Shown here: positions 25,151 through 64,000 of the stretch, in pieces
Layout: every line of letters begins with the position of its first letter
Numbering within the stretch: position 1 is the first letter of the stretch
From: Macrostomum lignano
Lineage: Eukaryota
Length of the DNA: 64,000 nt
Assembly (NCBI GenBank): GCA_002269645.1
Contig: NIVC01003948.1
Coordinates: forward strand, 1 to 64,000
Direction of reading: 5' to 3'
Position numbers and translations under genes: made by a program
Notes under the pieces: generated by a model
The model's input: the letters and a program-made list of their open reading frames with translations, nothing else
What the model was told of the DNA's origin: nothing
Databases searched by the model: none

Positions 25151-26199
25151 TGTAGAACCTAGAATATAAGTTATTCCAAATGAGCTTTAGTTCATATAAT
25201 TATAATAATCAATCATCTGTCTACTTGGAACTGCTTGATACTCTATAGGCTTTATCATACACACACAGGTACGCCTTGATTGATCTTTTTGTTTCCTTGA
25301 TTATCTATCTATCTATTAACAACTTAATATCCGGTTCCGTTTGTGTTACTCTTGCTGCGTGCAAAGTTTAATTTGTTAAAATATTTTGTGATCAAAATTT
25401 GCAAATAATAATACTACTACTGAAACTACTATAATTATATTTCTGTCAGTTTTCATTAAAATAAGATCTTATTTGATTTCGCAGTCGGCTTGGCTTTTCC
25501 GTTTTCTGTCTCGCTTTCCTCTCTGATAAATTTTCATTCTGTTATTTAATTATTAATTATTAGTCTAGGCTCGCACTGCTATTGGGTGTCAGCATCTGTG
25601 TCAATGTCGCACTTGTTTGCATAATATTCCTCTCTTTATATTCATATATAATTATCGCTTGTTTATTCACGATTCTTATACTGTTATAATTATAGTTATT
25701 ATGATTGCTATTATTTATGCTTATAAAGTTTATAAAGTAACTTACTGAGTCGCACTTGGCCCCCTCCCAATATTGATAAAACACACCGATCCTGATGATG
25801 TTAATGATGACTGGCTTGAGCCTCTGTTGTCTCTCCGCTACCCGCTGTCTGTGCCCCCCGCCCCCTGATTTATTTGTTGTTGTTGAGGCTACAAAAATGT
25901 TGAGTATGCCATAATAATTATTATTACTACAAGTCTGAGGTTTCAGCACGCCCCGTGTGTTCCTGTTTTGGCAACACTTTAAAAAGTTATTCTGCTATTC
26001 TGTTAAGTCGTTTCTCGTCTTATATATTTAACAACTAAACAGTCTGTTTGATCTGGTCTGTTGTCTCCCAGGCTTTTTTATTTCATTTGCGTCCTCTCCT
26101 ACTGCCTCAATTTGAGTAGTATAGTACGATTCCTTTAGTATTATAATACGCTTCTTATATAGAATCTTGAGGGTAGGCACGTACATTGTGCACTCTTAA

Positions 26200-26430
26200 A
26201 GTACAATAATTGATCACAGCTCAGCTGCAGCTATTGCGCGGCGCATCTGAAGGCTGCGTACGGCTGTTCAGTCCAAGGACTGGGGGGTCGCCACGCACAC
26301 CCTCAATTACCTCAGCTAATGCAGGCACCCATTTTACAGCTGGGTGAACTGAAGCAATGCAGAGTTAAGTGTCTTGCTCAAGGACAAATTGTTTCGATTG
26401 GGTCGAGAATCGAACCTTTCAATTACTTTC
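26200..26430 (-). mobile_element. tRNA-derived SINE remnant with CORE/V-like central domain
   Basis: Minus strand: B-box GGTTCGATTC followed by TGTCCTTGAGCAAGACACTTAACTC...CACCCAGCTGTAAAATGGG, resembling conserved central domains of metazoan SINEs; A-box not evident. Confidence 0.65.
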
Positions 26431-27047
26431 AATGACCTTTCAAGTTGTAAGTTGACGATGAAGGGCTGAAGTTTCCCAATTTTGGGCACTTAATAGCTGC
26501 TTTCGGACAAGTAACCGAAAAGTGTCTACTAGTGGCCGAAATTTGGAAATTTCCAGCCACTTACAACCGAAGCAAAATGTTTAGTTGCTTGAGAGAAAAT
26601 AAAAGCCACAAGCCATTAATATCGACCCCACATTCGACTTTTATAGCCGATGTGTGTTCAATAAAAAAGAGAGCAATTAACCATGCTTGGGCGATGAAAG
26701 CGAGTTATATTATGTACTTTATTTCACAACTCTTCTTCAATGACTTTCCTTCAACCAAGAAGCCAACAGTTTCTTCTGTAGTAAGCGATTTTAAGCGAAA
26801 CACATTTGCCAACAAACAAATTCACAAATGAATACAGCCTCCAGCTTCTCCAGCGGGCTCCTCGGGCAACTATGAAGATATTAATTTATAGAGAACAAAA
26901 TAACCGAAGCAGAAAGTATTTAAAATAAGCGAACTTCGCCTTAGTAGAAGTATTCGTATTCCTTTCCTGGCCTTGGCTATACGAAAGTTGATAATGACGT
27001 CATCGCGTCGATTGCGCTCATCGTCAGTCAGTCCTGTGACTTTCTTC

Positions 27048-28082
27048 TCAAGAGTCGCCGGCACCCACCGCCTTGCCCGGCGCCGAAGCCTTGGTCGGCT
27101 TTTTCACCTTCGACTCCTTCACCGACGGCAGTGCGCCCGTCGGCGGCCGGTGCCGACCGCAGCGCCGGATCTCGCCGCGCAGCCGGAGCAGCTCTGCCTC
27201 CATGCTGGCCATTCGGGCGGCGCTGCGCGCCCTGGCGCCGATCTCCGCTCTACCGCGCGCCGCCGACGATTCCACAAGGTGGCGAATTGTGCGCTCCGAT
27301 TGCACCAGCTTGTTAGTCAGGGCCCGCTCCGCCACCGGCCACTGCACCTGGAAGTACAGCACCTCCTGCTGCAGCGGAGTGAGCTCAATGTTGGCTGGCA
27401 GCCAGCTGTCGCCGGATTCGTCGGGCCCATTCAGGCCAACCAGAGCGGACAGCCGTTCCGCGCCCTGCCTGACCTCCGACAGCAGCTGCTGCAGGTGCTC
27501 GGCCATCGACATCGAGTCCATGCCGCTGCGCCTGTGGCCTGCCACCGTCAGGATGGTCACCTCCTCGGCCGCCTCGCGATCCGAGTTGCTGCTCTGCTCG
27601 TTCATCGCAGCTTTGAAGGCCGCCTCCGCCTCTGCCGTCGCCGTCGCTGCTGCTGGTGGTTTTCTGTTGAATCGGCTAGAAAGCAGATGCCTCAGCCGGC
27701 TGGCAGGCTTTCGGCTACTCTTTGCTGCGCTGGTGTTCGTGTCCAGGCACTCCTGCTGCTTCTGCTGCTGAGGTGGCGGCGGCGGAGCCAGCTGGGCCGA
27801 CAGGCAGGCAGCGGCTATGCGCTGCGGCGCCGCATCGAGTAGCGCTAGTAGGGCGGCGCAGTTCTTTAGCAGCGCGGGGACGTACACGAACTCGCTGCTG
27901 CCTCGGCCTCGGCCTTTGCTGCCGACTGAGCCAGGCGGCCGGCGCAGCACCACAGGCGGGTAGCCGAGCCGGCGGCATTCGTGGTCCACGTTGTAAGCCG
28001 TGCTGACAAGCTCCGCCGCCGCGGATTCCGTCATGGCAGCTGCTGTACCGTCGAATGTCTTCGCTGTGGGATCGGCGGCCAT
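27048..28082 (-). CDS. Uncharacterised coiled-coil protein (~344 aa from MAADP; may splice further at the 3' end)
   Basis: Long GC-rich non-repetitive ORF with exon-like composition; predicted helical C-terminus (ERALTNKLVQSERTIRHL, MEAELLRLRGEIRR); possible donor GCG|GTGGGT near the end. Confidence 0.7.
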   Translation of the reverse strand: MAADPTAKTFDGTAAAMTESAAAELVSTAYNVDHECRRLGYPPVVLRRPPGSVGSKGRGRGSSEFVYVPALLKNCAALLALLDAAPQRIAAACLSAQLAPPPPPQQQKQQECLDTNTSAAKSSRKPASRLRHLLSSRFNRKPPAAATATAEAEAAFKAAMNEQSSNSDREAAEEVTILTVAGHRRSGMDSMSMAEHLQQLLSEVRQGAERLSALVGLNGPDESGDSWLPANIELTPLQQEVLYFQVQWPVAERALTNKLVQSERTIRHLVESSAARGRAEIGARARSAARMASMEAELLRLRGEIRRCGRHRPPTGALPSVKESKVKKPTKASAPGKAVGAGDS

Positions 28083-28288
28083 TTTCTCCTGTTCGGGACT
28101 TGCCAATTCTGCCCTGATTTTCAATGCTTTTCAATTGCGACTCTCCAGTCAGTCTATATTTATTGTCTGACCAGCAACTGTTCAATTTGAGTGACTCATG
28201 GGAGCTTTCAGCCATAGACAGCTGGCTGGGGAACCCGGCTGAGCTTAGGACAAATGAATCTAAATATGCTGGGTTAACAAAAATGGAG

Positions 28289-28716
<428 letters not shown>

Positions 28717-29359
28717 TAGTGTCTGTGTCTGTCTACATTGCCTATAATACTACTGCAAGTAGTTAACCGTAGCATTACAAAACCAGTCCAGTGCAGCAAG
28801 CATTTCAAAGCTCCCGTGCCTCTTGGCGACCGTCAGTCTGGCTGAGACTAAAATAAGTTGAAAGCGCGCAAGACAAAAAAATGCAGAGCCATTCGTCACA
28901 GCTCCGCTCGGAATCTGCGTGTCCCCTCCCCACTTGAATTTAACTGGTTGTTGCGCGATGACGGCGTCTCCATCATCGGTCGCGGTTTGTATTCGACAAG
29001 GACACATACTTGGATTGCAGCAAAGGGCAACTGGAAGAGATAAGAGTGAAAGAGCGCGATTTAACGCCAAGGATGCGCAAACTGCACGCACTGTGCACAA
29101 TTGGGAATACACTGTAGTGCCTGTGTAGCATTGGAAAGTAAAAACCATAGCTGACTGGATGCAATGCCAGTTCTGCTTTCCATCTCTTCTCTCTCCCCTT
29201 TCACGTGTGCATGTGTACGAATCAAGCTTTTCTGTTGCACATTTCGCCATCCTGTCTGCGTATCCTTTGTGCTGCCCGTATTCGCAGCTGCGTGTGCCTC
29301 TCATCTTTGATTGATTTCTGTAGAATTGTAAGGGCTGGTTGCAATTCTGCACTGCTGTG

Positions 29360-30305
29360 CACAGTCTTCTGTAGTGCCTGATCACACAGTCTTCTGTAAT
29401 GCCTGATCACACAGTCTTCTGTAATGCCTGATCACACAGTCTTCTGTAATGCCTGATCACACAGTCTTCTGTAATGCCTGATTACACAGTCTTCTGTAAT
29501 GCCTGATCACACAGTCTTCTGTAATGCCTGATCACACAGTCTTCTGTAATGCCTGATCACACAGTCTTCTGTAATGCCTGATCACACAGTCTTCTGTAAT
29601 GCCTGATCACACAGTCTTCTGTAATGCCTGATCACACAGTCTTCTGTAATGCCTGATCACAGTCTTCTGTAATGCCTGATCACACAGTCTTCTGTAATGC
29701 CTGATCACACAGTCTTCTGTAATGCCTGATCACACAGTCTTCTGTAATGCCTGATTACACAGTCTTCTGTAATGCCTGATCACACAGTCTTCTGTAATGC
29801 CTGATCACACAGTCTTCTGTAATGCCTGATCACACAGTCTTCTGTAATGCCTGATCACACAGTCTTCTGTAATGCCTGATCACACAGTCTTCTGTAATGC
29901 CTGATCACACAGCCCTCAGTAATGCCTGATCACACAGTCTTCTGTAATGCCTGATCACACAGCCCTCAGTAATTCCTGATTACACAGTCTTCTGTAATGC
30001 CTGATTACACAGCCCTCAGTAATGCCTGATCACACAGTCTTCTGTAATGCCTGATCACAGTCTTCTGTAATGCCTGATCACACAGTCTTCTGTAATGCCT
30101 GATTACACAGTCTTCTGTAATGCCTGATTACACAGCCCTCAGTAATGCCTGATCACACAGTCTTCTGTAATGCCTGATCACAGTCTTCTGTAATGCCTGA
30201 TCACACAGTCTTCTGTAATGCCTGATCACAGTCTTCTGTAATGCCTGATCACACAGTCTTCTGTAATGCCTGATTACACAGTCTTCTGTAATGCCTGATC
30301 ACACA
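29360..30305. repeat. 25-bp minisatellite
   Basis: ACACAGTCTTCTGTAATGCCTGATC, ~38 copies. Confidence 0.95.
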
Positions 30306-30469
30306 GCCCTCTGCATGGTCACTCCACGCTGTCTCCGCCACAACGCATTCTGCTGTTTGCAATCTGTGTACTTTTTCAGCCACAAGGCCACTTTTTACTG
30401 CAGTTGTAAATCACTGGCAAACTGCTGCTGCTGCTGCTGCAAAACTTTCCACCTATTTGCTACGTTACG

Positions 30470-30635
30470 ACCTGTTCCTGAGTGTTCAGGTCTGGCCAAC
30501 AGGACCTGCTCCTGAGTGTTCAGGTCTGGCTAACAGCACCTGTTCCTGAGTGTTCAGGTCTGGCCAACAGTACCTGCTCCTGAGTGTTCAGGTCTGGCCA
30601 ACAGCACCTGTCCCTGATTGTTCAGGTCTGGCCTC
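30470..30635. repeat. 34-bp minisatellite (~5 copies)
   Basis: CCTGTTCCTGAGTGTTCAGGTCTGGCCAACAGCA-type units. Confidence 0.85.
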
Positions 30636-31149
30636 CTTAATTGCTTTCAGGCCATACAATATACAGGCAATACACTGCAGACGCTAGGCATCAAGCAAAT
30701 GAAATCGGTCTGACCCCTGTCTTCTTGAGTTTTCTATTGACGAGATTTCGGCCCAGCCGAGGCACTGCCAGATGGGCCAATTCTTTTGGGAGAAAAATAG
30801 AGCCAAGGCGCGGATGCAGAAGTCGCAGTTTCCGCATAAAACTTCCATTTTTCTCCATACTTTTATTCTACACCTTTCCTAGCCGAGTCGCAATCCCCAT
30901 CTTAAATGTTCCTCTTTAATGTTCATCCACAGTCATAACCGTATTCGTGAAAAAAGCACAATTGCGTCGAAAGATGACTTGGAAACGATTAAACGATTCG
31001 TTTGAAAATCCGCAAGACGATTCGGAGCGGGGCTTCTTTGAGGGTCAGACAGTCGGGACACCACTAAGCTGGGGCTGTAATACGCAATTAGACTTAGTTC
31101 GTTCGCTAAAGAGCCCTGAGCTTTGAGCTTTAAGGATACTAGAATAGCC

Positions 31150-32600
31150 CCAAGCGGTAACTGACACAATCATGTTTCAGATCGGGATGCCACAATGACC
31201 CGAAGCGGTAACTGACACAATCATGTTTCAGATCGGGATGCCACAATGACCCGAAGCGGTAACTGACACAATCATGTTTCAGATCGGGATGCCACAATGA
31301 CCCGAAGCGGTAACTGACACAATCATGTTTCAGATCGGGATGCCACAACGACCCGAAGCGGTAACTGACACAATCATGTTTCAGATCGGGATGCCACAAT
31401 GACCCGAAGCGGTAACTGACACAATCATGTTTCAGATCGGGATGCCACAATGACCCGAAGCGGTAACTGACACAATCATGTTTCAGATCGGGATGCCACA
31501 ATGACCCGAAGCGGTAACTGACACAATCATGTTTCAGATCGGGATGCCACAATGACCCGAAGCGGTAACTGACACAATCATGTTTCAGATCGGGATGCCA
31601 CAATGACCCGAAGCGATAACTGACACAATCATGTTTCAGATCGGGATGTCACAATGACCCGAAGCGGTAACTGACACAATCATGTTTCAGATCGGGATGT
31701 CACAATGACCCGAAGCGGTAACTGACACAATCATGTTTCAGATCGGGATGCCACAACGACCCGAAGCGGTAACTGACACAATCATGTTTCAGATCGGGAT
31801 GCCACAATGACCCGAAGCGGTAACTGACACAATCATGTTTCAGATCGGGATGCCACAATGACCCGAAGCGGTAACTGACACAATCATGTTTCAGATCGGG
31901 ATGCCACAATGACCCGAAGCGGTAACTGACACAATCATGTTTCAGATCGGGATGTCACAATGACCCGAAGCGGTAACTGACACAATCATGTTTCAGATCG
32001 GGATGCCACAATGACCCGAAGCGATAACTGACACAATCATGTTTCAGATCGGCATGCCACAACGACCCGAAGCGGTAACTGACACAATCATGTTTCAGAT
32101 CGGGATGCCACAACGACCCGAAGCGGTAACTGACACAATCATATTTCAGGTGGGGATGCCACAATGACCCGAAGCGGTAACTGACACAATCATATTTCAG
32201 GTGGGGATGCCACAATGACCCGAAGCGGTAACTGACACAATCATATTTCAGGTGGGGATGCCACAATGACCCGAAGCGGTAACTGACACAATCATGTTTC
32301 AGATCGGGATGCCACAACGACCCGAAGCGGTAACTGACACAATCATGTTTCAGATCGGGATGCCACAATGACCCGAAGCGGTAACTGACACAATCATGTT
32401 TCAGATCGGGATGCCACAATGACCCGAAGCGGTAACTGACACAATCATGTTTCAGATCGGGATGCCACAATGACCCGAAGCGGTAACTGACACAATCATG
32501 TTTCAGGTGGGGATGCTACAATGACCCGAAGCGGTAACTGACACAATCATGTTTCAGGTGGGGATGCTACAATAACCCGAAGCGGTAACTGACACACTCT
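31150..32600. repeat. 51-bp minisatellite (~28 copies)
   Basis: GCGGTAACTGACACAATCATGTTTCAGATCGGGATGCCACAATGACCCGAA; period 51 confirmed (31154 to 31205). Confidence 0.95.
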
Positions 32601-33410
32601 TTTCAGGTTTCAGGTGGGGATGCTACAAAGACCCTCATTAATTGTAGCTCTTTGTACGTACTAGGGCAGTAGGTTAGAATTTGCGGCACCCCTTCAGAGC
32701 ATTTTTCATAGCTAGAAAATAAACAAGAATTGACGAAGTATTTAGTGCGCATCTTTTTATATACGCCTTCCCTCCTATACACCTACCAAGGGACAAAGCA
32801 ATGTCGAAGACAGACAAAACCAGCTTGGATTCCGCCAGCCATGGTGTCCGTGGTTGGAGGGAGGAAAATTATCAAGCGTTTGCAAGTTCCGCTGTTCAAC
32901 GGCACCAACTGCACAGAACTATGGGGGGGGGGGTTATTGCCGGGCGCAGAAGACTAAATTGATGGCTCGAGTGGCTTCATGGGGACCCTGAGTGTAGGGG
33001 GGGGGGGGGGCAAGGATAGGTGAGGGGGGTCGGCTGGCTGTCTTGCCGCGCTATTTGTACTTTTTTCATATCCGGCCGAAACAATTGCAGGAAAAGAAGG
33101 GGGCGGAGAACTTGATGCAGCTGGTCCCAGCAGCCTACATGGCGCTTCCAGCTGTCTGGGATGGGCTGCTGCTGGAAATTCCCCAGCCCACAACAATTCT
33201 GCCCAAGCCAATCCCTGGTCCCAGGGCTGGCTTTCTCGGCCTCAGCCCCGGAGCCTCGCTGTTGGCATTCCCAACTTGGCCGACCCCACCTCTCTCAGTC
33301 TGCAGGCAAAGCTGCCCGGGCAACAGCAGTTATCAAGGCTTACGGGACGGCTAATGCGGTAGAAGGGCTTCCAATTCCACTGTTCAAAGCGGCGCAGCTT
33401 AGCAACAAAG

Positions 33411-59996
<26,586 letters not shown>

Positions 59997-60432
59997 ACTT
60001 TATATTTGCTCACTAACTGTGGAATTACATAATCTGACGTGGCTTAAGGACGTCTTAATAATAGATGGATTGCCGATAGAAGTTTTGAAGGCCGATTTTT
60101 ATAACCGCAGCGCTCCATCATAAATTGAAACACAATTGTTCTGGGCAATCTTACCAATTTTACCTGTGTCATTTACGAGTATTATTTATAAATATGAATA
60201 TATATTTTCTAGTAAGTCCTATACCAGTAGTCTGTCGTCTGCCTTCTATTATAACTGTACTATAAGTTGCAGTATTCATGGCCTCTTTTGTTACATTTTC
60301 TCACCATTTTTGTTTCTGATAACTTTATCCCCAAATGCATCAAATCAAGCTAAAGTATTTAGAATTTTAAACCTAAGTAAGGAAGACTCAAGCCTCGAGT
60401 ATTAACAGCAAGTACAAATTTGATACGGTATC

Positions 60433-60447
60433 GTTACCCTTGGCAAC
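60433..60447. promoter_or_regulatory. RFX X-box consensus match
   Basis: GTTACC-CTT-GGCAAC fits GTNRCC(N0-3)RGYAAC; function and target gene unknown. Confidence 0.3.
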
Positions 60448-60467
60448 ATGCAGATCGCTCTGCAGTA

Positions 60468-60859
60468 CAGGGGTCGGCAAACTCCGGCCCGCAGGTCCTT
60501 TGAAAGTTCACAATGGCAATCCGACTCACTCGAGGTTTTTGTGTATTCTCATCTCTCTTCTCAGTTCTCTGCTCTCTCTCCTCTTCTCTCTCCCTCCTCT
60601 CTTCTCTCTCTCCTCTTCTCTCTCCCTCCTCTCTTCTCTCTCTCCTCTTCTCTCTCTCCTCTCTTCTCTCTCTCCTTTCTTCTCTTTTCAAATCATCTCT
60701 CATCTCCTCTTTTCTTTCATTTCATCTCTGCTTTCTTCTTTCGTCTCATCTCTCTCCTCAGTTTTCTCATCTCTTATCTCTCCTTTCCTCTCTCATCTGG
60801 CCCGCAGTAATGAACTAGATATCTGGCCCTTTTTGAGATAAAAAAGCTGCCGACCCCTG
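60468..60859. mobile_element. hAT/Charlie-type MITE with CT-rich interior
   Basis: Termini CAGGGGTCGGCA / TGCCGACCCCTG; subterminal GGCCCGC motifs at both ends; 8-bp TSD only partly conserved. Confidence 0.75.
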
Positions 60860-61371
60860 CTCCATATTTTAAAAACGATATTTCTGTTGCACAGGGAAAT
60901 TTTGCTTTAAACTAAAATGTGCAAGCAGAGCGTTGTGTGTGCCTGCATGTACTGTACCTGCATGCTTCTGTCATATTTCTGTTTAATATGCAAAACTTAT
61001 CGCAGAGCTTCCGCCTCCCCAGCCCACCGCACTAGACTCACTCGCCAGCTGAATCCTGTCGCCAGTCTTTCAGTTCCATTCCGAGGCCTGTTAGCAATGA
61101 CTATTGATATCGTGTAAACACGCAGGTAACATCCAGTGCTGCACTGATATCCATCATAGGCTTTGCTTTGCTTTAAATTCTCATCCGTTATTAATATTAC
61201 GATCTGCTTTTGTCACCTTGTCTCCTCAGCAATCCAGGATTATTTTTACCTGTATTGCCTTGTAATGGAGACTATAGTTTTTGCATAGATACAGAATAAA
61301 TTTCTCTCTTACCTTTCAATTGCTATTTAAAACATGTTGCCAACCAATGGCGACAAACCAATAGAACCCAT

Positions 61372-61562
61372 TGCTAGGCAAGCTGTTGCTAAGCAAACTG
61401 TTGCTAAGCAGACTGTTGCTAAGCAGACTGTTGCTAAGCCGGTTGTTGCTAAGCCGACTGTTGCTAAGCCGATTGTTGCTAAGCCGATTGTTGCTAAGTA
61501 GACTGTTGCTATGCAGACTGTTGCTCAGTAGGCTGTTGCTATGCAAACTGTTGCTAAGCACA
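61372..61562. repeat. 15-bp minisatellite
   Basis: GACTGTTGCTAAGCA-type units, ~13 copies. Confidence 0.9.
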
Positions 61563-61879
61563 GAATTACAGAGTTAACAAATCGCCTTAGCAACGCTCTC
61601 TAACCATCCCTATCACTCGAGTACACACGTACGTCTTCAACAGGCTACTAAAATTAGTATGTAAACACAGGATGCATATTTTTGTGCTCGCAGAAAACTG
61701 ATCAAATTTATTAGATTAAATTTGCATACACTTTTTTATTAACTTTTTAAGTGCAAAAGATTCGCTTCTATACTGAAGACAGAAAGTCGTGTGGTTTTGT
61801 GTTTATTCATTTCTTTACTTAATTGATATCTTGACAGTTTTAAGTCTATTCATGAAATCCACTATCTCCAAAAACTTTG

Positions 61880-62320
61880 AAGAGAGAGAAGAGAATGAAG
61901 AGATAGATAGGGAAGACAGGGGGTGAAAAAATGAAGAAAATGGAGGAGAGAGAGGAAGAAAGGGAAGAAGAGACACGGGAGATGGGAGAGGTAAGAGAGA
62001 AGAGAGGAAGCAGGAGAGATGAGACAGGGGAAAGTGGAGAGAGGAGAGTTGGGGGGGATGGAGAGGGGTATGGGGAGGGGGAGAGGAGATATGAGAGGGA
62101 AGCGGGAGTTAGAGGAGAAAGGGAAGAAAGGGGAGAGGAGAAATGGGAAGATGAGAGGGAAGAGAGGAGAGATGAGAGGGAAGAGAGGGGAGAGGAGAGA
62201 TGAGATGGAAGAGAGGAGAGATGAGAGGGAAGAGAGGAGAGATGAGAGGGAAGAGAGGAGAGATGAGAGGGAAGAGGGGAGAGATGAGAGGGAAGAGAGG
62301 GGAGAGGAGAGATGAGAGGT
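61880..62320. repeat. GA-rich low-complexity tract
   Basis: GAGAGGAGAGATGAGAGGGAA-type units. Confidence 0.85.
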
Positions 62321-63779
62321 GAAAGGCCAGTGAATAAAGAGAGAATCTGAATTGTGAATAGCTTTACCTAAATAAAGTGCCATCCCCAGCGATCGAAAAA
62401 TGTTTTCGATAAAGAATTTAAATGAGTAGATAATTTTTATCAACTTTCACCAATAACCCAATTGCCCAATTTCGAATGGTTAATATCAATAATTCGTACT
62501 CAAAAATTGCTTAAATTTCATCTCTTTTTCATCAGAAACAAAAGGACTCTCCTTTGAATTCACCAAATCCACAAAAAAAGAATTTTTCTGCTCTGAAACC
62601 GTCTTACAACCCTCGTAGTTTTATTTTATTAACGTGGGAATTTTATTTTCGGAGATTCGGTCGTTAACCACTAGGAGACACACATGTCTTGAAGCCCTTT
62701 AAAGGGGAAAATAAAGTCAGCCTGAAATGACAATAATTTACACTCTCATCTGGACCTTAGCACAGCATATGTGCAATTTCAAAAAAATCTCCCGAGCTAT
62801 CTCTGATTTACAGCACTTTATTACCATATGACCTAATTACTATTAGTTTTCAATATGCGTGATGCGAAAAATGAGTGTCTACATGAGTTTGTGAAATTTG
62901 AAAAATATGATCCTAAAACAAGTCAGAAACTTTTCATTATAATTCATAGGTATGCCATCACCTTACAAAGTCCAAAGTATAAAGTATAAATTGAAACATC
63001 AATGAATAATTGTGACAAAATGTAACAAAAAACAGCATAAACACTCGTACAGTACAGTACAGAGAATGCTACATAAAAGTGGACAAAGAAGCAATGCGCA
63101 AAATTGTGCGTGAGTGATGCAAGGCATGGAGGGCATATTATTCTAGATATTTTTCTATCGCTTGCTTTTGAGTTGTAGCTATTATTCCCTCCTCATACGT
63201 AGCTACCATCTCATTGGCTGTGAGCCTGTAAATTTGCTGCACAGCTCTCGTATTCATGCCATTTTGGCCCTTAGCATATCCTTCTATTAAATTCTGCTGA
63301 GTTTTCAAAGGAAGCTATTCCCTTTCCATGATGATGGGTAAGAACAAGGACTTCTGCGATATAAGTTTACCATAGAAAGAATTAAATTAAGGTTTCCACC
63401 AGCTACCTAATGTATTCCTATCATTAATTCAATAATAAATAAAAGAAAAAATAACTTTAGGGTCCTATCGGGATAAGACAATAGCTAGCGATCATCTAGT
63501 CTTTTTTAGATTTCATTTTCTAGTGAACTAACAATCTCTATGCATGCATTGCAAAGCTGGAATGGAATTTTGAAATGCGGACATTGTATTTCGGTGGGTT
63601 GAATGGGTAAGATAACACGCTTTTTGAAAGATTCCAATTATTTACTTCCTGTTTATGTTCTGTTTAATTTCGCTTTCCACTCTACAGGGTCTGACTAAGA
63701 ACTATTTGTTCATCCCAATAAAGAAAAATGTATAATCCTAATTCGCAGTCTTGATTGATTTAGCTAGTTCACATTTTGT

Positions 63780-64000
63780 TTAAGCATGACGAGAGCAGTA
63801 TGCAACAACACACTTGCGCAGTCGATCTGGATACGATGGATGATGAAAATCGATCCGAAAGTCTTGCCACATGCTGCTGAAATCGTGGTGTGCAGTCTCA
63901 ACCACCTGCTCAGACCAGAAGCCAAGTCCCTTCTTAGGTTCTCCAGCTAGATTGGACATGTTCAAAAACTGGACAACGTGGTCAATAACAGCGTGGACTT
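63780..64000 (-). mobile_element. C-terminus of a RAG1/Transib/Chapaev-like DDE transposase, truncated by the window edge
   Basis: The minus frame is open to the window edge: VHAVIDHVVQFLNMSNLAGEPKKGLGFWSEQVVETAHHDF...YCSRHA*. It shows H-x4-H followed by GLGxWSE-xx-E, as in RAG1 FHKTLAHV..GSIGAWASEGNES. Confidence 0.65.

Noticed and set aside
28750-29385. 211-aa minus-strand ORF
   Set aside because: It begins in the 25-bp array, shows no recognisable motif and lacks exon-like codon bias.

Overview
Eukaryotic, intron-containing genomic DNA with GC-rich exons and AT- or repeat-rich introns. The style resembles a free-living flatworm such as Macrostomum, but that is inference only. Three host genes are supported: (1) a complete 6-exon Rab GDP-dissociation inhibitor (12332-23223, +, 444 aa); (2) an uncharacterised coiled-coil ORF (27048-28082, -); (3) an approximately 19-exon RhoGEF2/ARHGEF11-12-like gene (33411-59908/59996, +) with RGS-like, C1, DH and PH domains and a visibly degenerate DH active site. 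Most introns carry their own private mini- or microsatellite, often abutting or copying a splice site; these arrays explain most long ORFs in the ORF track. Mobile DNA includes a split, decayed RTE-like LINE, a dead MULE transposase, several MITEs (one with a 9-bp target-site duplication), a tRNA-derived SINE, a 68-bp satellite with a Pol III B-box, and the C-terminus of a RAG1/Transib/Chapaev-like transposase at the right edge. All exon models were built by hand from GT/AG signals and phase continuity and need RNA-seq confirmation. No CRISPR, rRNA or intact tRNA genes were seen.
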